Shown in pieces: positions 56,479 to 64,000 of a stretch of DNA of 64,000 nt (positions within the stretch are counted from its first letter, which is position 1; every line of letters starts with the position of its first letter). The notes under the pieces were generated by a model. It did no database searches. It saw only the letters and a program-made list of their open reading frames with translations, and had not been told where the DNA came from. The stretch spans positions 124,001 to 188,000 of the IMG/VR virus record IMGVR_UViG_3300032287_003113; one strand, 5' to 3'. The position numbers were made by a program, and so were the translations under genes.

Positions 56479-57719
56479 TTCACAGCATCTTCGTAGTGGG
56501 CATACACACCAAACTCGGGTTTGGCTTCTTTGTTGCCTTTGATAATCCACACAGTATCGCAATACTGCTCGACCTGATCAGGGCTCCAACCAAAGAAACA
56601 AAAGTCAGTAAACATGATCAATTTCTTGGGTTCGATGTTGTTTTCTTCCAACCAGGTCCAAACACAATGCGGATCTGTACCACCGCCACCACCCGGTACA
56701 AAGCTCTCAATGTCAGCGATATTGTCCGATGTGAATATTTCGTGATTGTGTACTTCGGTATCCCAACCCAACACATGGATACGATATTCGTCGTAACTTT
56801 CCATGATACCTTTGATTTCACTCAAGAAAATCTTGAGATCTGGGTCAGTGATACTACCTGAAGTATCAATACCAATCACAACATCAATCTGGTTGCCGGG
56901 CAACATGCCGGGCATGACAGCATCCATATGCCACCCTCTGCGGCTGGGACGTTGCCAAGTAAAATCACTCTTGATAGAACTTTCAACCTGCTGATTGATC
57001 AACTCACGCCAGTTAATCACAGGTTCGGTTAGGTCCTTGATCATGCGTTTGACACCACCGGGCAAATTACCTGCACCCGAAGCATTGGCGGCATTTAGTA
57101 CTGCATCTTTGATTTCGTCGCGAATAGCCTTCTTTTCTTCTTCGCTCAGGCGTGGACGACCGTTGCCTGGCTTGTCGCCATCTTCGCCTTCACCACCTTC
57201 TCCGTCCAAATGTTCGTCTAGTAGACGCTTCATCAATTCATCAATGTTGATTTTGTCGGCATTGGCATACAAGTCATCATACACTTCTTCGGCACTCATA
57301 CCTTTGTACTTCGAGTCGTACAGGGCAACGGGAATCTTGTCGCCAATACGTTGTTCTACCAGGTCCCAGTTTACGCAATAGTCATCGGCAATGTTCCACA
57401 GTTTTGGATCTCTGTTGCCACGACGTCCCATATGGTCATAAACCGCATGAAGCACTTCATGTCCGACCAAGAATTCCAATTGCTTTAGGGGAAGGTTATT
57501 GACAAACTCTGAATTATAGTAAAATTTACGGCCGTCTGTGGCGGCAGTAGGACACCATTCATCTGCGTTGATAAGTGTTAGGCGGGTAGCAAGGTTGCCA
57601 AAGAATGGAGCACGGAGCAAAAGACCAATACGTGCGGTAACCAGTTTTTCGCGGGCACTTGCATCCGTCTTGGGATCTGTTACTGTTACCGCTTTACTTT
57701 TTTCTGCTAGTGTAGTCAT
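56475..57719 (-). CDS. VWA-domain protein with metallopeptidase-like HExxH domain (DUF2201-like); MoxR partner
   Basis: 'TAATDGRKFYYN', 'HEVLH', 'WNIADDY.VN', 'RPSRR', MIDAS 'IDTSGS', 'GGGGTD', 'MFTD'; AGGAG RBS before ATG 57719. Confidence 0.85.
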   Translation of the reverse strand: MTTLAEKSKAVTVTDPKTDASAREKLVTARIGLLLRAPFFGNLATRLTLINADEWCPTAATDGRKFYYNSEFVNNLPLKQLEFLVGHEVLHAVYDHMGRRGNRDPKLWNIADDYCVNWDLVEQRIGDKIPVALYDSKYKGMSAEEVYDDLYANADKINIDELMKRLLDEHLDGEGGEGEDGDKPGNGRPRLSEEEKKAIRDEIKDAVLNAANASGAGNLPGGVKRMIKDLTEPVINWRELINQQVESSIKSDFTWQRPSRRGWHMDAVMPGMLPGNQIDVVIGIDTSGSITDPDLKIFLSEIKGIMESYDEYRIHVLGWDTEVHNHEIFTSDNIADIESFVPGGGGGTDPHCVWTWLEENNIEPKKLIMFTDFCFFGWSPDQVEQYCDTVWIIKGNKEAKPEFGVYAHYEDAVK

Positions 57720-57743
57720 TCTGTTCGCTCCTGTATTATATAT

Positions 57744-57772
57744 ATTATACATTTAATTGATTTTTTGGTCAA
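57744..57772 (-). promoter_or_regulatory. sigma70-type early promoter, conserved-spacer family
   Basis: TTGACC-AAAAAATCAATTAAATG-TATAAT. Confidence 0.75.
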
Positions 57773-58064
57773 CCTTTTGGTTAGCACGGTTTTTTCGTTG
57801 ATTAAACACATCTTCCATGCCCTGTACACTAGAACCAGGCTTGATCACTTGTGGTGCTGTGGGCTGGCTGACTGCGACTGTGGCACGTGGTTCAGGTGCT
57901 GTGGGACGGCAAATATCATTGCCGCTGATGCTTCGGCTGATCTTGCAGTCTTGATCGCGAACAGCACTGATACCATGGTCTGCTAGACCTTTACCGGTGG
58001 TTTCTACCGAAGCCACACTAGCTAGACCGACTATGAGCAAAGGACCTATGACCATTGTGGCCAC
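57753..58064 (-). CDS. hypothetical protein (hydrophobic N-terminus, two Cys)
   Basis: 103 aa; 'TTGKGLADHGIS...DC...IC'. Confidence 0.5.
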   Translation of the reverse strand: MATMVIGPLLIVGLASVASVETTGKGLADHGISAVRDQDCKISRSISGNDICRPTAPEPRATVAVSQPTAPQVIKPGSSVQGMEDVFNQRKNRANQKVDQKIN

Positions 58065-58243
58065 CTTAACATAAAATAAGTACGGTCTGCTGGGTCGGGG
58101 ATATATAACATCATTTGTCCTAGTGCTATCTTATTGTGGCCTAACCAAGTACCAATGGATTCTTTGTTATCTAACCACCATTTACGATTCATGACTACAC
58201 AAATCTCTGGAGTATCTAGTTCTGGACAAAAGTCATAGTTCAT
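58046..58243 (-). CDS. small hypothetical protein
   Basis: 65-aa ORF ending 'RTYFMLRW', overlapping the next gene. Confidence 0.5.
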   Translation of the reverse strand: MNYDFCPELDTPEICVVMNRKWWLDNKESIGTWLGHNKIALGQMMLYIPDPADRTYFMLRWPQWS

Positions 58244-58281
58244 AAGAATAAGGAGGACTTACAGCGTGTGCCTGCCCCCTG
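58244..58281 (-). terminator. possible intrinsic terminator after the MoxR ATPase
   Basis: Minus strand AGGGGGC...GTCCTCCT imperfect stem followed by TATTCTT. Confidence 0.3.
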
Positions 58282-58298
58282 CCTGTGACAGCAACCTT

Positions 58299-59408
58299 TT
58301 ACTTACCGCCTGCCGCGATAATGTACTTGCCGTACCGCTTATGGAACTCATCAAAGTTCTTGAGCTTGCCTGGTACCAAGGGTAAGTTGTACGTGGTCAA
58401 CGCAACTCTAGCACCCATAACAACCAATTCAGTGGTAAAGTTATCCATCATAAAGCGGAAGAAGTTATCGGCCATACCGTGCCATTGGCTGATCTTTTCC
58501 TTGCCTAGTTTGGCATAAGCATCTTGCAATTCATAGCACATGGACACAGTCAAGGAGTACATGGCACTGACTTCTTTGACATCTAAAGTCTTGACCTTGC
58601 CTGCCAAGATTTCGCTTGGGTTAGGCATCTTGCTGGCAACCTTGCGGTGTGCCATAAACTTAACTGCCAAGCCATCACCGATAGTACCAGCAATCAAGTC
58701 CGACAATTCTGCATCTGTGGCATCTTCGTCATGTAAGAATTCACTTACAAAGTGCCATGAACGTGGTGTTGCAAAGGCACGGCTGGCTGAGCGTGGGTTA
58801 AAATCCATCAAGTCTTGCTTGGCAAAACCAATGTAACCTACCACGTCCTTGTGCTCACGATTCTGCACAGCCCACTCGTTCCATGAGTCGTAATCAGCAC
58901 GTACTTCCAAATGTACGAAACGATTTGCCAGGGGCATTGGCATACGGAAACTAACACCTTTGTCGCTTTCACGATTACCCGCGGCCACAATTACCACATT
59001 CTTGGGCAGGTGATACTTGCCTAGTCTGCGATTGAGAATCAACTGATAGGCCGCGGCCTGTACTGCCGGGGCTGCCACGTTCATTTCGTCCAAGAACAAG
59101 GTCACAACAGGATATTCTGCGGCCAACTCTGGTGTTGGTAAATCCACAGGTTCAGCCCAGTCCATTTTGCCCGACTCTTTGTTATAAAACGGAATACCAC
59201 GCAGATCTGTGGGCTCCATCTGGCCTAGACGTAAGTCAATGGTATAACCGCCTAATTCTTGGGTAAGACCGGCTACCAATTCACTTTTACCTACTCCGGG
59301 AGGACCCCAAATAAAAACAGGGCGTTGGACTTTGAATGCACGAAGCAAGCGGCTACGGCATTCATTGGGTGTTACTGTACGGCTTTCACTAATAGTTGTA
59401 CTCATCAC
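58299..59408 (-). CDS. MoxR-family AAA+ ATPase
   Basis: Walker A 'GPPGVGKS', 'LRLGQMEPTDLRGIP', Walker B 'LFLDEMN', 'AAGNR', 'PLANRFVH', 'TPRSW'. Confidence 0.9.
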   Translation of the reverse strand: MMSTTISESRTVTPNECRSRLLRAFKVQRPVFIWGPPGVGKSELVAGLTQELGGYTIDLRLGQMEPTDLRGIPFYNKESGKMDWAEPVDLPTPELAAEYPVVTLFLDEMNVAAPAVQAAAYQLILNRRLGKYHLPKNVVIVAAGNRESDKGVSFRMPMPLANRFVHLEVRADYDSWNEWAVQNREHKDVVGYIGFAKQDLMDFNPRSASRAFATPRSWHFVSEFLHDEDATDAELSDLIAGTIGDGLAVKFMAHRKVASKMPNPSEILAGKVKTLDVKEVSAMYSLTVSMCYELQDAYAKLGKEKISQWHGMADNFFRFMMDNFTTELVVMGARVALTTYNLPLVPGKLKNFDEFHKRYGKYIIAAGGK

Positions 59409-59449
59409 AGGCTCCTAAAAATTACTACAAAATTAACTACTATAGAACT

Positions 59450-59478
59450 ATTATACAATTAAATGATTTTACGGTCTA
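59450..59478 (-). promoter_or_regulatory. sigma70-type early promoter, conserved-spacer family
   Basis: TAGACC-GTAAAATCATTTAATTG-TATAAT, upstream of an AGGAG RBS. Confidence 0.7.
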
Positions 59479-59794
59479 CTAAATTTTCACGATCGCTGTA
59501 AATTTTATTACCACGATCACGAATTAAATCAGCCGAACCTTGCGGATCTGCGTCAAACATACCACGAATATCTTCGTCTGAAATACCTTCCGCCACATTC
59601 ATGGTATAGATTTCATAATGTCTTTGGCTGTTGGCCCTAGCACGAAGCATCAAATGATTGACCATACTGCCCAACCGAACCGGTGGATCTTCATTCTTGA
59701 GTGTGGCCCAAGTGGCTTCTTTTTCATAGTCTGTGATATTGATCACAGCCTCAAGCCCCGTGCAGTCCCACGACACAAGAAACAGGTTGCTCAT
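59459..59794 (-). CDS. hypothetical protein
   Basis: 111-aa ORF; ATGA overlap with the upstream gene. Confidence 0.6.
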   Translation of the reverse strand: MSNLFLVSWDCTGLEAVINITDYEKEATWATLKNEDPPVRLGSMVNHLMLRARANSQRHYEIYTMNVAEGISDEDIRGMFDADPQGSADLIRDRGNKIYSDRENLVDRKII

Positions 59795-59979
59795 ACTTCG
59801 GCGATTTCCCAGGCCATGATACGGCGTTCCATTTCGGCATCAAGTACATCACGAATAGCCCGTTCGCCTTCAGTCAATGTAGTCGAGCTCCAAAACGTAT
59901 CTAGCAAGGATGATAATTCTTGAGCCGGCATAGTCCGGGCCATTGCTTGGTATTCTTCTCGGGTACGATATTTCGACAT
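59791..59979 (-). CDS. small hypothetical protein
   Basis: 62 aa; CAGGAG RBS. Confidence 0.6.
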   Translation of the reverse strand: MSKYRTREEYQAMARTMPAQELSSLLDTFWSSTTLTEGERAIRDVLDAEMERRIMAWEIAEV

Positions 59980-60000
59980 TTCGATCTCCTGTTTAAAAAG

Positions 60001-60032
60001 TACTGGTTTTTATTTTGAGTCAAAAACCAGTA
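60001..60032. promoter_or_regulatory. perfect 11-bp inverted repeat (terminator- or operator-like)
   Basis: TACTGGTTTTT-N10-AAAAACCAGTA; followed on the - strand by CTTTTT and then the RBS. Confidence 0.5.
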
Positions 60033-60097
60033 AAAAGTGACTGCGTCGTTTCTGGGGTATCAAGGCTCCCCAAGGACCGCACGGCCCCATCACAGCC

Positions 60098-60379
60098 TTA
60101 TCTGGAAAGATTCATTACACGACCTTGGAACTCGTTGAAGCTGACTCTCCAAGGCACAAATATTTCATGACCCACACGACTGTCGGGACCGGATTGATTA
60201 GTATCGGTGTCGGCACCAAAATGATCACGGGTAACACGGATCTTGTAGGCCTGATAACCTTGCTCGGTATTGTGAGCATCAATCACTTGACCTTCGATAA
60301 AACAATCATCACGTCCCGCCATGGGTTTGAAATCATAGCTACGGATGATATCACCATCTACTATTGTTAGTCCAACCAT
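60098..60379 (-). CDS. hypothetical protein (start 60379, MVGLTIVDG)
   Basis: AGGAG RBS 6 nt before the ATG; lies downstream of the sigma70 promoter. Confidence 0.65.
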   Translation of the reverse strand: MVGLTIVDGDIIRSYDFKPMAGRDDCFIEGQVIDAHNTEQGYQAYKIRVTRDHFGADTDTNQSGPDSRVGHEIFVPWRVSFNEFQGRVMNLSR

Positions 60380-60409
60380 TTTTAGCTCCTTTTTATTAAC
60401 TATACATAC

Positions 60410-60438
60410 ATTATACATTTAATGGATTTATGGGTCAA
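60410..60438 (-). promoter_or_regulatory. sigma70-type early promoter, conserved-spacer family
   Basis: TTGACC-CATAAATCCATTAAATG-TATAAT. Confidence 0.8.
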
Positions 60439-60440
60439 CC

Positions 60441-60469
60441 AAAAAAACACCCCTAAAAAGGGGTATTTT
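60441..60469 (-). terminator. intrinsic terminator closing the RM/ABC-GNAT operon
   Basis: Minus strand TACCCCT-TTTT-AGGGGTG followed by TTTTTTT, about 20 nt after the ABC-GNAT stop. Confidence 0.7.
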
Positions 60470-60490
60470 AAGCGTTGTAAGTCATTGATT

Positions 60491-61549
60491 TTATTGAGAT
60501 TTTTTACCCATATATTCGTGGCTATAACACACCCTATAAGCATCGCGAACAGTGGTTGTGCCGCCATAGCCCGCCATTTTTCTAGCAGTACCGTCTTTGT
60601 TTAAGTAACTACCTATCCTAGACTTCTTGTTCATTGATGTGGGGCGCCACAGGTCTGACTTTTCTCTGTGTTCACCAAAGCTAGGGTGTGCAGTCTTACT
60701 AAAGTACCTTAGCCCACGGCTCACATATATTTCAGCAACGGCATCGCTAAACGCTGTGCCTATACCCATGCCCTGAAACTCGGGAAGGATTACTGTACGA
60801 TGACCACGCCAGTACGAATGAATATCTCTGTTGGTTGAATGTATTGCGGCATGGAAGCCAATGGGCTTGTCGCCTAACAGTAACACATAGTAATGAGCAC
60901 TCTTACTGATTGCAGTATCTAGATAGTGATACCGACTGAAATATCTCCAATAGTCGACACTTGAGCTTTTGATGGTGAGTGCAAGTTGTGGTCTTGTCCC
61001 CAGTCGAAAGGGTGACCTCCGGTTTTCTAAGACACAGAGATCTGTGTCATATACGTAGTCTGGATCTAACCATTCTACTATGTCTCGATGGCAACTGGCA
61101 ATGTATAACGGATTGGTACTGCTTTGACGATCGTAAAACTTGCGAATACTCAATGCAAGACTCTTAGCAGTATCACGGTCCACAACACTTGTAAACTCAT
61201 CTACTGCGGTTAATCCTTGGTCTAGACTTATGGCCATTTCAAAGCGATGATATTCGCCGTTGCTCAATGTTGCAGGTGCTCGGAACCAAGCGGGTATGCT
61301 ACGCAGGCCACAGGCCAGTAACAACTCTTCTCCACGTTCAGGTGTGGTAAAGTTCTCTATTGTGTTAAGAGTATTATCTACTACAGGTTGTTGAAGTTTG
61401 CCTAAGCTACGTAGGATAGTACTCTTGCCACTGCCTGACGTACCTACAATTAATACAATACCATCCGTTGGAAGCTCGGGTATTGCTACCTGTGACTCTT
61501 TATAGTCTGTGATGTCGTACTTGCGTTTAATTTCTTCTAAGTAGCTCAT
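60491..61549 (-). CDS. ABC-type ATPase fused to a C-terminal GNAT acyltransferase
   Basis: Walker A 'GTSGSGKST', signature 'LSNGE', Walker B 'VDEFTSVVDR'; GNAT motif A 'RTVILPEFQGMGIG'. Confidence 0.85.
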   Translation of the reverse strand: MSYLEEIKRKYDITDYKESQVAIPELPTDGIVLIVGTSGSGKSTILRSLGKLQQPVVDNTLNTIENFTTPERGEELLLACGLRSIPAWFRAPATLSNGEYHRFEMAISLDQGLTAVDEFTSVVDRDTAKSLALSIRKFYDRQSSTNPLYIASCHRDIVEWLDPDYVYDTDLCVLENRRSPFRLGTRPQLALTIKSSSVDYWRYFSRYHYLDTAISKSAHYYVLLLGDKPIGFHAAIHSTNRDIHSYWRGHRTVILPEFQGMGIGTAFSDAVAEIYVSRGLRYFSKTAHPSFGEHREKSDLWRPTSMNKKSRIGSYLNKDGTARKMAGYGGTTTVRDAYRVCYSHEYMGKKSQ

Positions 61550-62754
61550 GCTATTTCAAATACAGCAGGATTTAAATCGTTGATAGTTTTTTTATTTTTC
61601 TTAGGTACAGGCAACACCGGTTTAGTAAAAGTTTTTCCAAGAGAATCAGCACAAACAACATTTGATGCAGGAACACCGGGTAATCTTTTTAAAGCAGAAT
61701 CTACATTAGATTGAGTTAAATCAATTCCGTATATGGTGTCCACAGGAATATTATTTGCTAATTTTCTTTTTTGTATTGCTACCAAAAACTGACCGTCACC
61801 ACACATAGAATCTATAAAAGTATTATCTGGATTTGTAAATGCAGTAGGATCGTATTGTTCAATGACGTTTAATACTTCTTCTACTAAACTTGTTGGAGTA
61901 AACACTTCGCCTAATGCTTTAACACGGTCTCGATCTTCCGTAATATCATTATCTAATACTTTAGGAGCCGTCAAATCTTGCGGTGTAATATTCCATTCTT
62001 TAGGAGTTTCTAATCCCGTAACAATTTGATTAATATCAAATTTTTTAACATTACGCATACCAAATGCATGGCCGCGTAGTTTCATACGTTTAACATATTC
62101 CTTAAAAACAGGATTCTTTTCTACAAATAATTTTAATTTTTCTGCTTCGGCAATAGTAGCAGTTGGTATGTAGCAGATAGTCCCACCATATACTGCTTCA
62201 TCTGTGACCGTATAACTTTTACGACTTTCCATTGTATAAAAGGCAAATTTAGGACCTGCGTCAATTTTGACGTCGGTATAATCATATGCAACTTGATCTC
62301 TACCTTTACCGGGCAACTGTCTAATTACTTTATTCTTTTTACCTGCACCAAAAAACTTATTCATGCCATTGTTACTGCCACTGTAATAAACAAAGTCAAA
62401 ACAATCTGCAGGGTTGGGACTGTAAATCTTTGCAGCCATGCCACCTAATATTACAGGCGGGGTCGTGCGTGGAAGTTTGCTTACACTAAAGAAACAGGTG
62501 TTATACGGCCATACATCAAGATTGTCCATTAAATGAATAAAGTTAACTTGATAGTCTTTAAAGTACCCGTTGACCAAGTCTGGGATAATGCCTTTGAGGG
62601 TAATATTAACTAATGTACCAGAGTCGGCAACACGATTATCAAAATCGTTGCGTGTGGCTGTTTTATAAAGAGTGGTGTTTCCGCCAGTGCCGGCAATGTT
62701 ATTACCTTCGGCTACATTGAACGCTGGGTTACTAATTGCATAATTAAATTGCAT
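61546..62754 (-). CDS. amino-DNA methyltransferase (m6A/m4C type) with permuted motif order
   Basis: N-terminal 'FNYAISNPAF' (motif IV-like); C-terminal 'LGEVFTP' (X), 'IDSMCGDGQFL' (I), 'YGIDL' (II), 'VCADSL' (III). Confidence 0.75.
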   Translation of the reverse strand: MQFNYAISNPAFNVAEGNNIAGTGGNTTLYKTATRNDFDNRVADSGTLVNITLKGIIPDLVNGYFKDYQVNFIHLMDNLDVWPYNTCFFSVSKLPRTTPPVILGGMAAKIYSPNPADCFDFVYYSGSNNGMNKFFGAGKKNKVIRQLPGKGRDQVAYDYTDVKIDAGPKFAFYTMESRKSYTVTDEAVYGGTICYIPTATIAEAEKLKLFVEKNPVFKEYVKRMKLRGHAFGMRNVKKFDINQIVTGLETPKEWNITPQDLTAPKVLDNDITEDRDRVKALGEVFTPTSLVEEVLNVIEQYDPTAFTNPDNTFIDSMCGDGQFLVAIQKRKLANNIPVDTIYGIDLTQSNVDSALKRLPGVPASNVVCADSLGKTFTKPVLPVPKKNKKTINDLNPAVFEIA

Positions 62755-63466
62755 TTGACATTTTCTTAAAGATTTCTTTTAATTCTTCTGTGGACTTTAA
62801 ATATTTAGTCTGCCAAGATTTATATAATTCAGGTTCTGTTTTAGAATTAAAATTCCACCCAATTTGGTCTTGTCTTTTTTTATCTAAGTTTTCTTGAAGA
62901 ATTGCTAATCTAGTAGCAGTATCACCTTTAATTTTTCCGGACCCTTGACTTGATCCGATGGCCTCGTAAAATTTAGGTTTGCCAGATTTTTTATCAATTT
63001 TGTAAGGGGTAATAGCACGTTGACGAATTTCATCGATTAGTTCGTCTTTGGTGAGATAAAAATATTCTACTTTAGTATTATCCCATGCCTTCATAAACAA
63101 GTAACCAGCCAAATCTTCGTAAAAGCGTAATTGCCCACCACCAATTGCATCACCGGATGAAAACGATACCTTAAGTTCAATATTATTTTTTCCTGGTACC
63201 AACATTTCTCCTGCAACTAAGTCGCCTAAGTCAAGACCTTCTTCGTCATTCTTTTTATCATAACTTAACGCATCTTTTTTCTTAGTACCAGTTTGGTGTG
63301 CTACCCAGCCCTCAATAAATTTTTCAGCTGATTTTTGTTTCATAGCACCATAATACTCGTACATTTCTGAATATGGTGTAATGTAATAATTTTCAATATT
63401 TTCTAATAGTTCTTGTATTTCTTTGCGTTCTTTATTGCTGGCTTTAATTCGATCAAGTAACGACAT
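62744..63466 (-). CDS. putative type II restriction endonuclease (PD-(D/E)xK fold)
   Basis: 'E..LGD...IELK....GGQLR' pattern; directly upstream of and overlapping the MTase; very AT-rich. Confidence 0.5.
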   Translation of the reverse strand: MSLLDRIKASNKERKEIQELLENIENYYITPYSEMYEYYGAMKQKSAEKFIEGWVAHQTGTKKKDALSYDKKNDEEGLDLGDLVAGEMLVPGKNNIELKVSFSSGDAIGGGQLRFYEDLAGYLFMKAWDNTKVEYFYLTKDELIDEIRQRAITPYKIDKKSGKPKFYEAIGSSQGSGKIKGDTATRLAILQENLDKKRQDQIGWNFNSKTEPELYKSWQTKYLKSTEELKEIFKKMSNAI

Positions 63467-63496
63467 AGATTTCCCAATATTTTACTGTAGAACTAC

Positions 63497-63525
63497 AGTA
63501 TAACACAAATGGATTTATTAGTCAA
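63497..63525 (-). promoter_or_regulatory. sigma70-type promoter of the RM operon, with an overlapping palindrome
   Basis: TTGACT-AATAAATCCATTTGTGT-TATACT; TACTGTAG-AA-CTACAGTA (63483-63500) overlaps the -10 element and start site. Confidence 0.7.
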
Positions 63526-63554
63526 CCTTTACAGTTGACTAAAAGTTATCCACA

Positions 63555-63950
63555 TTAAGTTATTACTATTCGCATGGTTTTCCAACTATTGTAGTACTGT
63601 TCGGTATTGTGACAGAGTCTACTGGTCACAATGTAACGATGATATCGTTGCCTAAACCTGCGATGAGATGTGGTAAGTTTATTGGGGTCAATTGACAACC
63701 AATAAAATGCGAGCCAGGCCCGCATGATAGAAACCACAGCAATTGGCGGAAAATCTCTGTCCATAATGGCATTTAAATATTGATCAACTCTTTTATTGAG
63801 TTCATCGTTATTGTTCACACGGCTGAGTTCTTCGCCAACGGCAATAGCAATTTCTTCGGGGCGGCCATATTTGACCACATGCTCTCCTACCCGTCCTTGC
63901 AAATCTGCCCAGAATAGTTTTTGTTTTTTGGTAAGACGTTTGACTTTCAC
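63555..63950 (-). CDS. hypothetical protein
   Basis: 131 aa; GTG start with AAAGGA upstream. Confidence 0.6.
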   Translation of the reverse strand: MKVKRLTKKQKLFWADLQGRVGEHVVKYGRPEEIAIAVGEELSRVNNNDELNKRVDQYLNAIMDRDFPPIAVVSIMRAWLAFYWLSIDPNKLTTSHRRFRQRYHRYIVTSRLCHNTEQYYNSWKTMRIVIT

Positions 63951-64000
63951 CCCAAGATCCTTTCAGAAATACGGTGAGACATTGTGTCTGGCATCTCTTG

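Noticed and set aside
60491-61549. ABC transporter
   Set aside because: No membrane subunit nearby, and the C-terminal half is a GNAT domain.
63546-63554. Perfect DnaA box TTATCCACA as a replication origin
   Set aside because: Single copy. About one 9-mer match is expected by chance in 128 kb of AT-rich sequence, and I saw no box cluster.
1-64000. Stop-codon reassignment, introns, inteins, tRNA or rRNA genes
   Set aside because: TAA, TAG and TGA all end genes at tight junctions. The conserved enzymes have normal lengths with no intein or homing-endonuclease motifs, and I recognised no cloverleaf or rRNA-like segment by eye.

Overview
This window is 64 kb of a large lytic tailed phage with T4-superfamily-type (myovirus) morphogenesis genes, read in the standard genetic code. 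I saw no integrase, rRNA, tRNA or CRISPR array. (1) 1-27 kb, + strand: late structural module with a gp5-like hub/spike, gp25 and gp6 wedge proteins, a 4190-aa baseplate-associated protein, three paralogous tail fibres, a Gly-rich distal fibre and T4-like late promoters (nTAAATA). (2) 27-52 kb: a tightly overlapping, apparently all-soluble tailoring cluster with about 7 glycosyltransferase-like genes, 6 tandem radical SAM enzymes, 5 SGNH-fold proteins (a sixth lies at 53 kb), a NodU/CmcH carbamoyltransferase, a 2OG-Fe(II) oxygenase, an APS-kinase/HxGH nucleotidyltransferase fusion, an NDP-sugar epimerase and a DegT aminotransferase. (3) 52-64 kb, - strand: thyA, DHFR, small hypothetical genes, a MoxR AAA+/VWA pair, and a self-contained low-GC operon encoding a putative restriction endonuclease, a permuted DNA methyltransferase and an ABC-ATPase-GNAT fusion. 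Best candidate for an undescribed system (inference): phage-encoded, heavily decorated glycosylation of virion proteins. The exposed fibre and baseplate domains next to the cluster are strongly enriched in [G/A/S]-N-[V/I/T], which resembles the atypical chlorovirus N-glycosylation sites. All annotations come from motifs read by eye; no database searches were run.
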